Positions 1 to 8,006 of a stretch of 34,605 nt of DNA are shown here, piece by piece (within the stretch, counting starts at the first letter, position 1; every line of letters starts with the position of its first letter). Source of the DNA: Pseudomonadota bacterium (GTDB lineage Bacteria; Bdellovibrionota_G; JALEGL01; DATDPG01); the NCBI GenBank assembly GCA_043809315.1, contig JAZDDX010000043.1, forward strand, positions 1 to 34,605. Direction: 5' to 3'. Under the pieces are notes generated by a model. That model did not search any database. It saw only the letters and a program-made list of their open reading frames with translations, and was not told where the DNA came from. A program made the position numbers and the translations under genes.

Positions 1-225
1 GGCGGGGCGGTTGCCTGCCACGGCCACCCCGGCATGCAAAGCCCGTGAAAGCCGCCGCAGGCGGATGGCGCGGGCTTTGCTCACTCATCCCCGTACTTTC
101 TCTTGAAAAACCTTCGAATTTCGGCCCAAACTGCACGCCAAAATATTTCTGCAGAGAATTCAACGAGTTCGAACACGCCGCCCCCGGGGGATTCGAACCG
201 GCTTGATTCAACGATCTAAAACGCC

Positions 226-684
226 CTATCTCCGTCGCCAACCCGCCCACGCAGGGAATCCGTTTGAATCCCGAAGTGTTAGGACGTCGGTTCCCTTTTT
301 GATCTCCGAGGCTATGAGCACGTTCTTTCCTTCGATTGCGACGCGTGACCCCGTGACCTCGACTACATCTTTCAGTTCGATTTTCATGTCCTGACGCTCG
401 ATATACCAATCGGGACCCAGGTGGACGACCACCGTTCCGGTATCAGTCTTGATTATCAGATGAATCCCTTTGTGCATTCCACGTAGCGGTGTTATCCGAT
501 CCACCGACACGACTTCTCCCCTGATCGTATCGATGGTCTTGGGATCATACATCCGGCTATAGGGACTTCCGGGACCCCAGCCTCCGCTCCCTTGCCATCC
601 GGTCCCCCTCCCGGCGAACGTATTCGAGGCAAAGAGAAACATCGTTGCTGTAAGCAACACGAGTATTTTTCCCGAGTGTTCCAT
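226..684 (-). CDS. secreted/periplasmic small protein, OB-fold (BOF/YgiW-like) candidate
   Basis: 152-aa ORF. ATG at 684 with GGAGA 7 nt upstream. N-terminal signal peptide (ILVLLTATMFLFASNTFA). Body pattern VVSVDRI...HLIIKTDTGTVVVHL...KDVVEVTGSRV resembles bacterial OB-fold periplasmic proteins; family assignment is inference. Confidence 0.55.
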   Translation of the reverse strand: MEHSGKILVLLTATMFLFASNTFAGRGTGWQGSGGWGPGSPYSRMYDPKTIDTIRGEVVSVDRITPLRGMHKGIHLIIKTDTGTVVVHLGPDWYIERQDMKIELKDVVEVTGSRVAIEGKNVLIASEIKKGTDVLTLRDSNGFPAWAGWRRR

Positions 685-802
685 TAAAATTCTCCGATCT
701 TGGCCGCATCCTACTATGGGCTCGGCTTAACAACACAACTTCCGACTCGCGCAAATATGAAAGTCGGTGGAATTCCAGTAAGTTAGAAAACAGGGAAAGG
801 AA

Positions 803-2401
803 ATGCAGGGATCACACGTCTACCTGGGAGGAATGGGCTGGTGGACGATCATATTTCTGGTTTTGTTTGGTCTGAATTCCACGATTGTCGTCGCCCAAGA
901 ACAGAATGTACTTCAAGCGAACGACGATGCTCAGATGGCCCTTCAGGCGTTCACGCAGAAGGATTATCCCCTGGCAGTCCATTTGTACGAAAGACTCGTC
1001 GAGCGCGATCCGTCCAGAGGTCTTTTTTGGTTCAATCTGGGGAACAGCCGTTTCATGGCGGGCGATTATGCGGGAGCGGAAATCTCATATCGGAAGGTCG
1101 TTGCTCTCAACGGCCCTCTGTCGGTTCCCGCGCGGATTTATCTGACGAAGGCCCTGCGGAAACAGGAGAAGTTACATTCGGCTCGCGAGGTTCTCGAAGC
1201 CTTATCGACACAATCGTTGTCGGAGCCGCTTCGCAGAGAAACCGATGCCGAGCGAGATACGTTGAGAGAGTCGTTCGACGAGCGGGCGATCGCGGTGTAT
1301 CGCCAAGGGGATTTTGCGGAGGTCTTTCCCTTACTCGATGCCTCGCGCGCTCTTGGGTCGGGCATCGATGCGACCACGTTGCGTGGCCTTGCCCTCTTGA
1401 ATCTGGGACGCCCGTCCGAGGCCAGAGAGGTTTTTCAGAGTATCCTGGCCACCGAGGCCCGCACCGACACCGACCGAGCGCTTCAACAGGAGGCCCGGAG
1501 TTTTATCGCCGACATTGAGGATGGAAAATGGCCGAAGGAGATCCCGTTCTGGCTCTTCTCGGAACTGGCGGCCGGGTACAACACCAATGTGTTCGGGGAC
1601 GCGGAAGCGGATGGGCCGGTCAGCCGAACGGTGGCGACCTTTTTCAGCGGCTTCGGCTACCAGCATCCCCTGAATTCTCACTCCTGGGTTCAGGTGGCGT
1701 ACGACGTCGCATGGAACGAAGTGTGGGACGAGTCTTCCGCACGCTTCGTGGACAACGCGCTCTCTTTGCTTGGAATCTGGGACAACCGAATCTGGCGACT
1801 GCAGATGCAGACCGGCGTCGTCTACGATTTGGTCGACACCGGTTCGTTTCTTTGGGGTCCGGGAGGCGCCTTTATGGCGGACCGGTATTTCGGTTCAGGA
1901 AGGTTCGGCCTCCGATATGCCTATCGGCGGAACCTCGCGGGCTCTTCGTTGTATGACTACCTGAGCGGGGACACGCACTCGGGGAACATCCACTGGAAGT
2001 ACACCGGTTCCGTCACCTCCTTCGGTGTGCTCTTCTCCGCCGCCCGCGACGCCACGGGTGACCTGGTTCTCAGCACTGGAACCTTGCCGCTTGCTAACAC
2101 CTCCTTCGGCCCCGGATTCGATTTCCACTGGCGATTTGTTCCGAGATGGAAGATCGAAGGGTACTCCAGCTATCTGTTTTTGAATTACTCGAACGTCTCC
2201 CAGCCGACCGGGCGGGCGCGGGACGATCGGCGGTGGACCGGAACGGTTCGTCTCTCTTTTTCTCTGACCCCCTCCCTCGATCTTTTTGTGTCCGGCTCCG
2301 GGACGCTCAATCATTCCACGCTGACCGCCGCCGACCTCAAGGACAAGAACTATCGGCAGCTCATCGCTTTGGGAGGCCTGTCCTGGAACATCCTTCCATG
2401 A
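803..2401 (+). CDS. TPR-repeat protein with C-terminal beta-barrel-like (outer-membrane-type) domain
   Basis: 532-aa ORF. ATG with AGGGAAAGGAA Shine-Dalgarno. N-terminal signal/TM segment. TPR-like helical repeats in residues ~40-230. C-terminal half is aromatic/Gly-rich with alternating pattern (YRRNLAGSSLYDY..., FDFHWRF..., NYRQLIALGGLSWNILP). Stop overlaps the sigma-factor start (ATGA). Confidence 0.7.
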   Translation: MQGSHVYLGGMGWWTIIFLVLFGLNSTIVVAQEQNVLQANDDAQMALQAFTQKDYPLAVHLYERLVERDPSRGLFWFNLGNSRFMAGDYAGAEISYRKVVALNGPLSVPARIYLTKALRKQEKLHSAREVLEALSTQSLSEPLRRETDAERDTLRESFDERAIAVYRQGDFAEVFPLLDASRALGSGIDATTLRGLALLNLGRPSEAREVFQSILATEARTDTDRALQQEARSFIADIEDGKWPKEIPFWLFSELAAGYNTNVFGDAEADGPVSRTVATFFSGFGYQHPLNSHSWVQVAYDVAWNEVWDESSARFVDNALSLLGIWDNRIWRLQMQTGVVYDLVDTGSFLWGPGGAFMADRYFGSGRFGLRYAYRRNLAGSSLYDYLSGDTHSGNIHWKYTGSVTSFGVLFSAARDATGDLVLSTGTLPLANTSFGPGFDFHWRFVPRWKIEGYSSYLFLNYSNVSQPTGRARDDRRWTGTVRLSFSLTPSLDLFVSGSGTLNHSTLTAADLKDKNYRQLIALGGLSWNILP

Positions 2402-2937
2402 AGATCGACTCCTCGGAGACTCCTCTGGAACCGTTGGTTGAGCGAGCCCGGAAAGGGGACGAATCGGCGCTCTCGGAGCTCGTCGATCGCTACCAGGGAC
2501 GTCTGTACCGCTTTTGTTTCTACCTTTCCGGAAATCCGACCGTCGCGGAGGATCTCTGCCAGGACACGTTCGTCCGGGTCTTCACGAGTCTGGGGAAACT
2601 GAAGGATCCAGCGAAATTTCACTCCTGGCTGTTTCAGATCTCCAAGAACCTCTTTTGGGACCGACTCCGGTCCTCCGGCAAAACCGAAACACTTCTGGAA
2701 GAACCTTCCGCGGCCTCGGATTCTCCGGAGGTTCATCTCCAGATCACGCGGACGCTGGCGCGGATGGATCCGCAGGACCGTCTGGTCTTGCTCCTCGTGG
2801 ATCTTCAGGGACATTCGTACCGGGAAGCCGCCGAGATCCTCGAAATCTCCGTGGAGGCCGTAACCTCTCGGATTTACAGGGCCCGGCAGCTGTTTGTGGA
2901 GGCGTACGACCGGGATGAAAGGAAAGACGATCTCTGA
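2398..2937 (+). CDS. ECF-type RNA polymerase sigma-70 factor
   Basis: 179 aa from ATG 2398, same frame as track ORF 2146..2937. Region 2 (LVDRYQGRLYRFCFYLSGNPTVAEDLCQDTFVRVF) and region 4 (DRLVLLLVDLQGHSYREAAEILEISVEAVTSRIYRARQLF) motifs. ATGA overlap with the upstream gene implies translational coupling. Confidence 0.88.
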   Translation: MKIDSSETPLEPLVERARKGDESALSELVDRYQGRLYRFCFYLSGNPTVAEDLCQDTFVRVFTSLGKLKDPAKFHSWLFQISKNLFWDRLRSSGKTETLLEEPSAASDSPEVHLQITRTLARMDPQDRLVLLLVDLQGHSYREAAEILEISVEAVTSRIYRARQLFVEAYDRDERKDDL

Positions 2938-2963
2938 CCGTCTACCCAAAGGAAGAAAAGCAG

Positions 2964-3497
2964 ATGGATCAACCCTCAGACAAGATGGAACAACGAGTAA
3001 AAGGACTCTTCCGGCAGGCGGAGCAGGTTCCTCTGGAACCGTCCCCCTTCTTGAAAACGCGAGTTCTGGCTCATGTGCGTGAAGCCCGAGCCAAGACGGT
3101 CGGTTTCCGCTGGAAGATGTGGGCATTGGCCAGTTCGACGGCCAGCCTTCTTTTGCTCTCGGTTCTTTTCTGGCCCGCGCGGTCGTCTTTGACGGCCCTG
3201 GTGGATCAACGGGTCCTCGTGCGGGTGGAGGTGGAGGCTCTCGAAGGCAGCAACGTCGCGTACGCGACCGTGGAACTGCCGGACGGGGTTTCCTTCGTTT
3301 CAACGAAATATCCGGAAATCCAAAAGGCACATGAGGTGCGCTTGGCCTGGATGCCGGAGTTCGAGAACCGTGGATTGCCGGTCGTCGTTCGAGCGACCTC
3401 GGTGGGAAAAAAAACCATCCGCATATTTCTTTTCGACCGTAACGATACGGTTCTGAAGGCCAAGGAAGTAACCATCACGTTCCGGGGAGCGGCGTAG
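2964..3497 (+). CDS. putative membrane anti-sigma factor (single TM)
   Basis: 177-aa ORF 27 nt downstream of the ECF sigma gene with an AAGGAAG Shine-Dalgarno. One TM helix (WALASSTASLLLLSVLFW) and a periplasmic C-terminal domain. No zinc-finger motif seen; the role is inferred from position. Confidence 0.55.
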   Translation: MDQPSDKMEQRVKGLFRQAEQVPLEPSPFLKTRVLAHVREARAKTVGFRWKMWALASSTASLLLLSVLFWPARSSLTALVDQRVLVRVEVEALEGSNVAYATVELPDGVSFVSTKYPEIQKAHEVRLAWMPEFENRGLPVVVRATSVGKKTIRIFLFDRNDTVLKAKEVTITFRGAA

Positions 3498-3527
3498 CCG
3501 ATTCCGGAACAGAAAGGGAAGAACGTC

Positions 3528-4064
3528 ATGAAAAAACGAAATCTATGGAGCGGGATCGCGGTAAGCGCTCTCTTGTTGGCTCCGGTCGCCTCTTGGGCGG
3601 CGTCCGACGATCAAGTCGTCCAGGCTACCACCGAGGACGTCAAGGCGTTTGAAAACGCCGTCATGGAGAAGAACCAGGCTCGGGATCAAGTGCGCGAACG
3701 GGATCGGCTCCAAGAGCATCAGGCGACTGGATCGGCGGTGCAGGAGAAAGCCCGCATCCGGACCGAAAAGGCCGCGCGTACGAAGACAGGCCTGGGTGAG
3801 GTGGTGTCGGAGGAAGCGAAGAAGCTGAAGAATGCGGATCCGGCGACCCGGAACAAGTTCGGCGAGCAGGTTCGCGAGCGGGCCCGTCAACGGGAAGAGA
3901 CGCAGGAGCAAGCCCAGACCCGGCAACGGCAGGGGTGGGATGCCGTGCGTGACACGACCGTTCAGAGCGGCCAGCGGAACGGTGTGGACGCAGGCGCGGG
4001 CAGCGGAAGCGCGACGTCCGGCTCAGGAAGCGGGCAACAGAACGGCACTCAGCAGCACAAATAG
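3528..4064 (+). CDS. secreted low-complexity charged (Q/E/R-rich) protein
   Basis: 178 aa. AAGGGAAG Shine-Dalgarno. Signal peptide MKKRNLWSGIAVSALLLAPVASWA|AS. Highly charged coiled-coil-like body and a GSGS-rich C terminus. Last gene of the ECF cluster, followed by a terminator. Confidence 0.6.
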   Translation: MKKRNLWSGIAVSALLLAPVASWAASDDQVVQATTEDVKAFENAVMEKNQARDQVRERDRLQEHQATGSAVQEKARIRTEKAARTKTGLGEVVSEEAKKLKNADPATRNKFGEQVRERARQREETQEQAQTRQRQGWDAVRDTTVQSGQRNGVDAGAGSGSATSGSGSGQQNGTQQHK

Positions 4065-4093
4065 GCGAACATCGCGAGAGACACCAGTCTCAG

Positions 4094-4137
4094 CCCCCGG
4101 GTTTCGAGGAATCCCCTCGGAACCCGGGGTGTGTTTT
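4094..4137 (+). terminator. Rho-independent terminator (15-bp GC stem, AATC loop, TGTGTTTT tail)
   Basis: CCCCCGGGTTTCGAGG-AATC-CCCTCGGAACCCGGGG-TGTGTTTT, read directly. Near-perfect inverted repeat with one G.U wobble, 30 nt after the stop at 4064. Confidence 0.65.
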
Positions 4138-4164
4138 GAAAGGACCGTTTTCGAAGGAGTCTCT

Positions 4165-4208
4165 GGTCACATAGGGTACTACTGGCTGCACGCGGGGGAC
4201 GGCAAAAC
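4165..4208 (+). repeat. intergenic repeat copy 1 (GGTCACATAGGGTACTACTGGCTGCACGCGGGGGACGGCAAAAC)
   Basis: First of 8 same-orientation copies. Lies between the terminator and the 3' end of the minus-strand lipoprotein gene. Most similar to copy 2 (shared CTGGCTGC and GACGGC variants; upstream AAGGACC). Confidence 0.9.
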
Positions 4209-4290
4209 TTTAGTCGTCAGTCGGCCGGCTGCGCGGTGCCAAAAAGCCGAAACTCCGGTTCGGCCCGCCAGCGAACGAAAGGAACGACCG

Positions 4291-4683
4291 TCAATCGGGC
4301 CACGAGACCGTCAGATCAGCCGAGCTACCTGATTGCTTCATCCCGCAGGCCTGTATGGTCTCCTCGAGAGTCTTTGCGGTGGACACACAGATCACGAGCG
4401 TTCGCTTCTGTTTCGCGCAGACTTCAAAGTTCCGTGGATCCGCGCCTTCCAGGCCCGTCGACTCATCGATCCTCTTGAGCTGTGCGTCCATGTCCTTTTG
4501 AGCGTCAGCGGCGGCAGGCGACTCCAGATTGATGTTCTTCTTCATTTGCTTGACGACGTACTTGCCCAGAAGCTTGCTCAGATTGCCCACCGCCTGTTGG
4601 CATTCTTCCGGGCTTGCTTTCTTCGCGCAGGCTAGGATCGTGCAGAGCCCGAAAACCGCTAGGATTACGAATCTCGTACGCAC
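4291..4683 (-). CDS. Cys-rich lipoprotein, unknown function
   Basis: Track ORF is 4291..4740. I prefer the GTG at 4683 (AGGT 7 nt upstream), which gives an 18-aa signal ending in the lipobox ILAC|AKK. The track start would give a 37-aa signal. The mature part has 4 further Cys. Confidence 0.55.
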   Translation of the reverse strand: MRTRFVILAVFGLCTILACAKKASPEECQQAVGNLSKLLGKYVVKQMKKNINLESPAAADAQKDMDAQLKRIDESTGLEGADPRNFEVCAKQKRTLVICVSTAKTLEETIQACGMKQSGSSADLTVSWPD

Positions 4684-4936
4684 GGCAGCTACCTTATCAC
4701 GGGTCTGTTTCGCCGCGAACGGCGACGTATACCTAGGCACCTTGGAATTTCAGCGTTCCCGATACTAAGATGGGCCGGGAATGCCGCGAGTTTCCGCATC
4801 GACCTTTCCCGAATGACGTTCCGCGAGTTCCATCGGCACAGCGAGGTTCTGGCCTCTGCCCTCTGGGCGTTCGACATCGTGAAGATCGGGCATCGGCGGG
4901 AAGTTTGCGAAGAGTAGGGCCTTTTTCAAGGACCAT

Positions 4937-4980
4937 GGTCACGTAGGGCACTGCTGGCTGCGCAGAAGGGACGGCGTTGC
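4937..4980 (+). repeat. intergenic repeat copy 2 (diverged: GGTCACGTAGGGCACTGCTGGCTGCGCAGAAGGGACGGCGTTGC)
   Basis: Aligns to copy 1 over its whole length. The 5' end forms a perfect 10-nt palindrome GACCATGGTC (4932-4941). Lies in the divergent region between the lipoprotein gene and the FGE-domain gene. Confidence 0.8.
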
Positions 4981-5054
4981 CAATGTTCTGGAGCCATCCC
5001 ACTCTTATTCCGATACGATGAGAATGAAGTCGGTCCTTCACGATTGGAGGGAAG

Positions 5055-6095
5055 GTGAGAGTCTCTCGGACTTTAGCAACGATTCAGACTCTTCTGGTGA
5101 TCGGTTTTCTTTGCGGCTGCTCGAGCAGCAGCGCTCCTATCGTTGCTGATCCCACCCCAACACCACCTCCGACCCCGACGGCGGGCGCAACGGCTACCCC
5201 GACGCCGACCGCAACTCCGACGTCGACCGTAACCCCAACCCCAACCCCGACGCCCACCATTCCGTCCTGCGTCGGAGGGTTGATGTGCAATTCCGCCAGT
5301 TGTTGTTCGTCTCACGAGATCCCGGCTGGGAGTTACACGATGGGGGCCCCCAACGCCGACGGAAGCTATGCTGCCGACACCAAGCCGCAGCATACGGCCA
5401 CCATCGCCAGGTTCGTTCTTGATGACTTTGAAGTGACCGTGGGACGGTTCCGTACGTTTGTCGCAGTCTATACCGGTGCGGCCCCCGCGACGGATTCCGG
5501 AGCCAATCCGGAAATCGTCGGGTCCGGATGGAGTGCCGGGTGGAACGCTTCGCTCCCAGCTGGCGCGGCGAATCTGATAACGGCATTGAAGTGCAGCGGC
5601 TACACCTGGACCGATACTGTCGGGGCCAACGAGAACCGCCCGATCAATTGCGTGACTTGGTACGAAGCCTTCGCGTTCTGCATTTGGGACCAGGGACGTC
5701 TGCCCACGGAAGCGGAGTGGGAGTACGGCGCGAAGGGTGGGGCGGAAGATCGGCTCTATCCGTGGGGATCCCCGATCGATGCATCTTATGCCTGCTACTC
5801 CGGGTGCTCTCTAGGAGATGTCGGATCGTATCCGGCCGGCATCGGGAAATGGAACCAGCTCGACCTGGCCGGGAACCTCGCGGAGTGGACCTTGGATTAC
5901 TATGCCGCCGACTGGTACTCGGGTGCCGGAGATCCGTGCTCGAATTGCGCCAACCTCTCCGGGGTGAACCGTTTGGTACGAGGCGGTTCGTCGTTGACCA
6001 ATACCGATGGTCTGCGTAATCCGACCAGGGCCAACTTGTCGCCGAGTTCCCGGACCTCAACGACTGGATTCCGGTGCGCCCGAGCCGCGCCGTAA
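5055..6095 (+). CDS. FGE-sulfatase (SUMF1/EgtB/PvdO-type) domain lipoprotein with Pro/Thr-rich linker
   Basis: GTG start with GGAGGG Shine-Dalgarno. Lipobox VIGFLCGC. Linker PTPTPPPTPTAGATATPTPTATPTSTVTPTPTPTPT. FGE-domain motifs NCVTWYEAFAFCIW, RLPTEAEWEYGAKGG, RGGS...R. Confidence 0.8.
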   Translation: MRVSRTLATIQTLLVIGFLCGCSSSSAPIVADPTPTPPPTPTAGATATPTPTATPTSTVTPTPTPTPTIPSCVGGLMCNSASCCSSHEIPAGSYTMGAPNADGSYAADTKPQHTATIARFVLDDFEVTVGRFRTFVAVYTGAAPATDSGANPEIVGSGWSAGWNASLPAGAANLITALKCSGYTWTDTVGANENRPINCVTWYEAFAFCIWDQGRLPTEAEWEYGAKGGAEDRLYPWGSPIDASYACYSGCSLGDVGSYPAGIGKWNQLDLAGNLAEWTLDYYAADWYSGAGDPCSNCANLSGVNRLVRGGSSLTNTDGLRNPTRANLSPSSRTSTTGFRCARAAP

Positions 6096-6114
6096 GTCAG
6101 AACGCCATGTTCGT

Positions 6115-6158
6115 GGCCATATAGGGTACTCCTGGCTACACGCGGGGGACGCCAAATC
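6115..6158 (+). repeat. intergenic repeat copy 3 (..GGCCATATAGGGTACTCCTGGCTACACGCGGGGGACGCCAAATC)
   Basis: 20 nt after the FGE stop. Its last base is the first base of the reverse-complement TAG stop (cta 6158-6160) of the minus-strand gene 6158..6709. Confidence 0.9.
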
Positions 6159-6709
6159 TAGTCCTTGAGACTTCGCAAGAACTCCAAATCCTGCATATCA
6201 GCGGGATTCTTTCTGTCTCTTACCGCGATTTCCTTCATGGTGATCAGGTCTTTCTTGTCAGCGATGAGGAACGGGTGAGACTTGATGGTCTTTCTTCGGG
6301 CTCGCTGAGCGACGCCTCTTGCCGGGATCGGAAAGTCGAATAGAAGATCGACCCTCAGATCGAGATCGCGGTTGAAAAAGTGCGCGCTCTTCGGTGGATC
6401 CATGTTGAGCTTTGCATAGGCCACATTCGCATTATCCACCGTACGCACGATGTTGCCGCGCTCGTCCAGCTTCGAGACGAGCTCAAGTCCGTGCTTGTAG
6501 AAGACCTTCATCAACTCCTTATTCTTCCGAGCGTCCGCCTCGATCAGGAAATCAAAGTCCTTTGTTACGCGGTTCGATTCAAGCAGTGCCAGAGCCATGC
6601 CACCGACAAGGGTAGGGGAGTAGCCCAGCTTCATCACATCCTCGATGAGCTCCCCGACCGATTCGGCGAGGCTTTTCCGTCGCAATATCTTCTTGGGCCT
6701 AGTTTTCAT
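6158..6709 (-). CDS. nucleotidyltransferase-fold protein (MNT/AbiEii-like), possible toxin-antitoxin or defence-type component
   Basis: 183 aa. Minimal nucleotidyltransferase motif VGGMALALLESNRVTKDFDFLIE (hG[GS]x9-13 [DE]h[DE]h). Visibly lower GC than its neighbours. 9-nt gap from the upstream small ORF, suggesting an operon. Confidence 0.65.
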   Translation of the reverse strand: MKTRPKKILRRKSLAESVGELIEDVMKLGYSPTLVGGMALALLESNRVTKDFDFLIEADARKNKELMKVFYKHGLELVSKLDERGNIVRTVDNANVAYAKLNMDPPKSAHFFNRDLDLRVDLLFDFPIPARGVAQRARRKTIKSHPFLIADKKDLITMKEIAVRDRKNPADMQDLEFLRSLKD

Positions 6710-6718
6710 CGGAGCCCG

Positions 6719-6919
6719 TCACGACTCGGCACCACGGAGTTCTCGAATGGCGTCCAAGTGTTCGAAGTTGCTCTGGATCCGTTTCGCGAGTCGTAGAGAT
6801 TCCATCCGAGCTTTGACTCCAAGTCTGGCGATTTCCTGACGACGATCACTCGGCAGCCGTTTCGCCCTTGTGAGCCCGCCCTTTCTACCCATAATTTTGG
6901 CCATTTCCGACACGGTCAT
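6719..6919 (-). CDS. small basic protein (66 aa), putative DNA-binding or antitoxin-like partner of the nucleotidyltransferase
   Basis: ORF MTVSEMAKIMGRKGGLTRAKRLPSDRRQEIARLGVKARMESLRLAKRIQSNFEHLDAIRELRGAES. Start uncertain (ATGs at 6919, 6904 and 6892, none with a good Shine-Dalgarno). Function is inferred from the pairing only. Confidence 0.4.
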   Translation of the reverse strand: MTVSEMAKIMGRKGGLTRAKRLPSDRRQEIARLGVKARMESLRLAKRIQSNFEHLDAIRELRGAES

Positions 6920-6952
6920 AATCTCAATGTTAACTTATCGCTAAGTAAAATA

Positions 6953-6971
6953 CAAGGTCGGCGGCGTTGCC
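6953..6971 (+). repeat. degenerate fragment of the repeat 3' end (CAAGGTCGGCGGCGTTGCC, compare copy 2 GAAGGGACGGCGTTGCC)
   Basis: Lies 18 nt upstream of copy 4. It resembles the variant 3' end of copy 2, suggesting a decayed tandem copy. Confidence 0.4.
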
Positions 6972-6988
6972 TGGGGATCGAGACTTAG

Positions 6989-7031
6989 GGTCACATAGGG
7001 TACTACTGGCTACAAGCGGGGGACGCCAAAC
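6989..7031 (+). repeat. intergenic repeat copy 4 (GGTCACATAGGGTACTACTGGCTACAAGCGGGGGACGCCAAAC)
   Basis: Ends 1 nt before the reverse-complement TGA stop (tca 7032-7034) of the methyltransferase gene. Followed by GTTAGCC at 7040-7046. Confidence 0.9.
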
Positions 7032-7895
7032 TCACGTTAGCCGAAGAAGAGTCCTTCCCAATCCCCACTCTGCTCTCGCATTTGGAAGACGTGCCCATTC
7101 CAGGAGCTCGAACAAAACCTGTTTGAGGTCGCATGGCAGCTTAAAGAGGCGGGCCCCGACCACGTGCCCTAAAAATGCATGTCGAACGTACATCTCAACC
7201 TCGGCGGGGGTGGTGAAAAGGGTTCTCAGGTGTTCGATTTTCACCACCGAAAAGCCGTGATTCGACGCCGAGTCAACGAGCCTCTCTTCGACCTTCCTCT
7301 GATTGCCCTGCCCCTGTTTGGAACCAAGAGATTCCCGAAGGCGATTCATTACCGGTGCGGGAGGATCCTCGCGCCAGTATTCGTCCAATGCGTCCAGGAC
7401 GTGCAGAACTCCTCCTCGCTCTAGCACCCGCCTTGCGGTCTCGAGAAAACGATCGTGATCATCGAGATGCTGCAGAAGCGCACGAGCGATCGCGTAACTG
7501 AACGGGCCCCCCGAAAAATCGTAGACATCTTGCTGATGGAGGGCGCAATTAGAAAATGACCCCAACCTCTCGGCAGCGGCAACGAGTAACTCGGGGCTCC
7601 GGTCCACGCCGGCGTAAGTCTTTTCCGGGAAAACTGAACAAAGACGCTCGATCAAATGTCCGGGGCCGCACCCAAAATCGACCACCGTTTTCGCGCTCTT
7701 CCAGTCCGCGTCCCGTGACAGGAACTTCTGCAGCTCTTTCCATGTTCCGGCCATCTGAATTTCAAGAACGACTTCGTAGATCTCCTCCGTTCTTGCGTGT
7801 TTCAGAACGTCGAGATGGCGGGCAGGACTTTCGGAGAAATCGGCCAGGCGAACGGTTGCGTTGAAGCCGTACTGGCGGGCAATCGGGTTATCCAT
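7032..7895 (-). CDS. class I SAM-dependent methyltransferase
   Basis: Motif I VVDFGCGPGHL and post-I acidic D (AGVDRS). Track ORF extends to 8144, but that 83-aa R/S-rich N-extension overlaps the esterase gene and contains a repeat fragment. ATG at 7895 (MDNPIARQYGF...) gives a typical 288-aa enzyme. Confidence 0.7.
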   Translation of the reverse strand: MDNPIARQYGFNATVRLADFSESPARHLDVLKHARTEEIYEVVLEIQMAGTWKELQKFLSRDADWKSAKTVVDFGCGPGHLIERLCSVFPEKTYAGVDRSPELLVAAAERLGSFSNCALHQQDVYDFSGGPFSYAIARALLQHLDDHDRFLETARRVLERGGVLHVLDALDEYWREDPPAPVMNRLRESLGSKQGQGNQRKVEERLVDSASNHGFSVVKIEHLRTLFTTPAEVEMYVRHAFLGHVVGARLFKLPCDLKQVLFELLEWARLPNARAEWGLGRTLLRLT

Positions 7896-8006
7896 CCACC
7901 AAGACGCTATGCCAGATCTCGAAAGACGGCGAGAAATAGAACGTGGACCACTAGCGTTTTGGATGGGACCAGATCTACCACGTACACGGATAGACGACGA
8001 ATCCCG

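Noticed and set aside
170-215. tRNA-like T-arm string GGGGGATTCGAACCGG plus a CCCCCGGGGG palindrome downstream of the first gene; considered a minus-strand tRNA
   Set aside because: Reverse-complementing gives GCCGG-TTCGAAT-CCCCC, which cannot form a 5-bp T stem. No acceptor, D or anticodon arms could be built, and it would overlap the CDS stop. Most likely a GC palindrome or weak terminator, not a tRNA.
3832-4332. Track ORFs that read through the repeats (3832-4332, 9634-9897: ...GYYWLHAGDGK...)
   Set aside because: The shared peptide is just the translation of the conserved repeat DNA in one frame. These ORFs lie in intergenic space, overlap the terminator, and have no start or Shine-Dalgarno context.
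4770-4945. 58-aa plus-strand ORF ending at the TAG inside repeat copy 2
   Set aside because: No Shine-Dalgarno, Arg/Gly-rich composition, and it lies in the divergent promoter region. Probably not coding, though it shows that the repeat's TAG can terminate read-through frames.
5084-5290. GVGVGV-repeat ORF on the minus strand
   Set aside because: It is the antisense of the Pro/Thr-linker coding repeat of the FGE-domain lipoprotein, a composition artefact.
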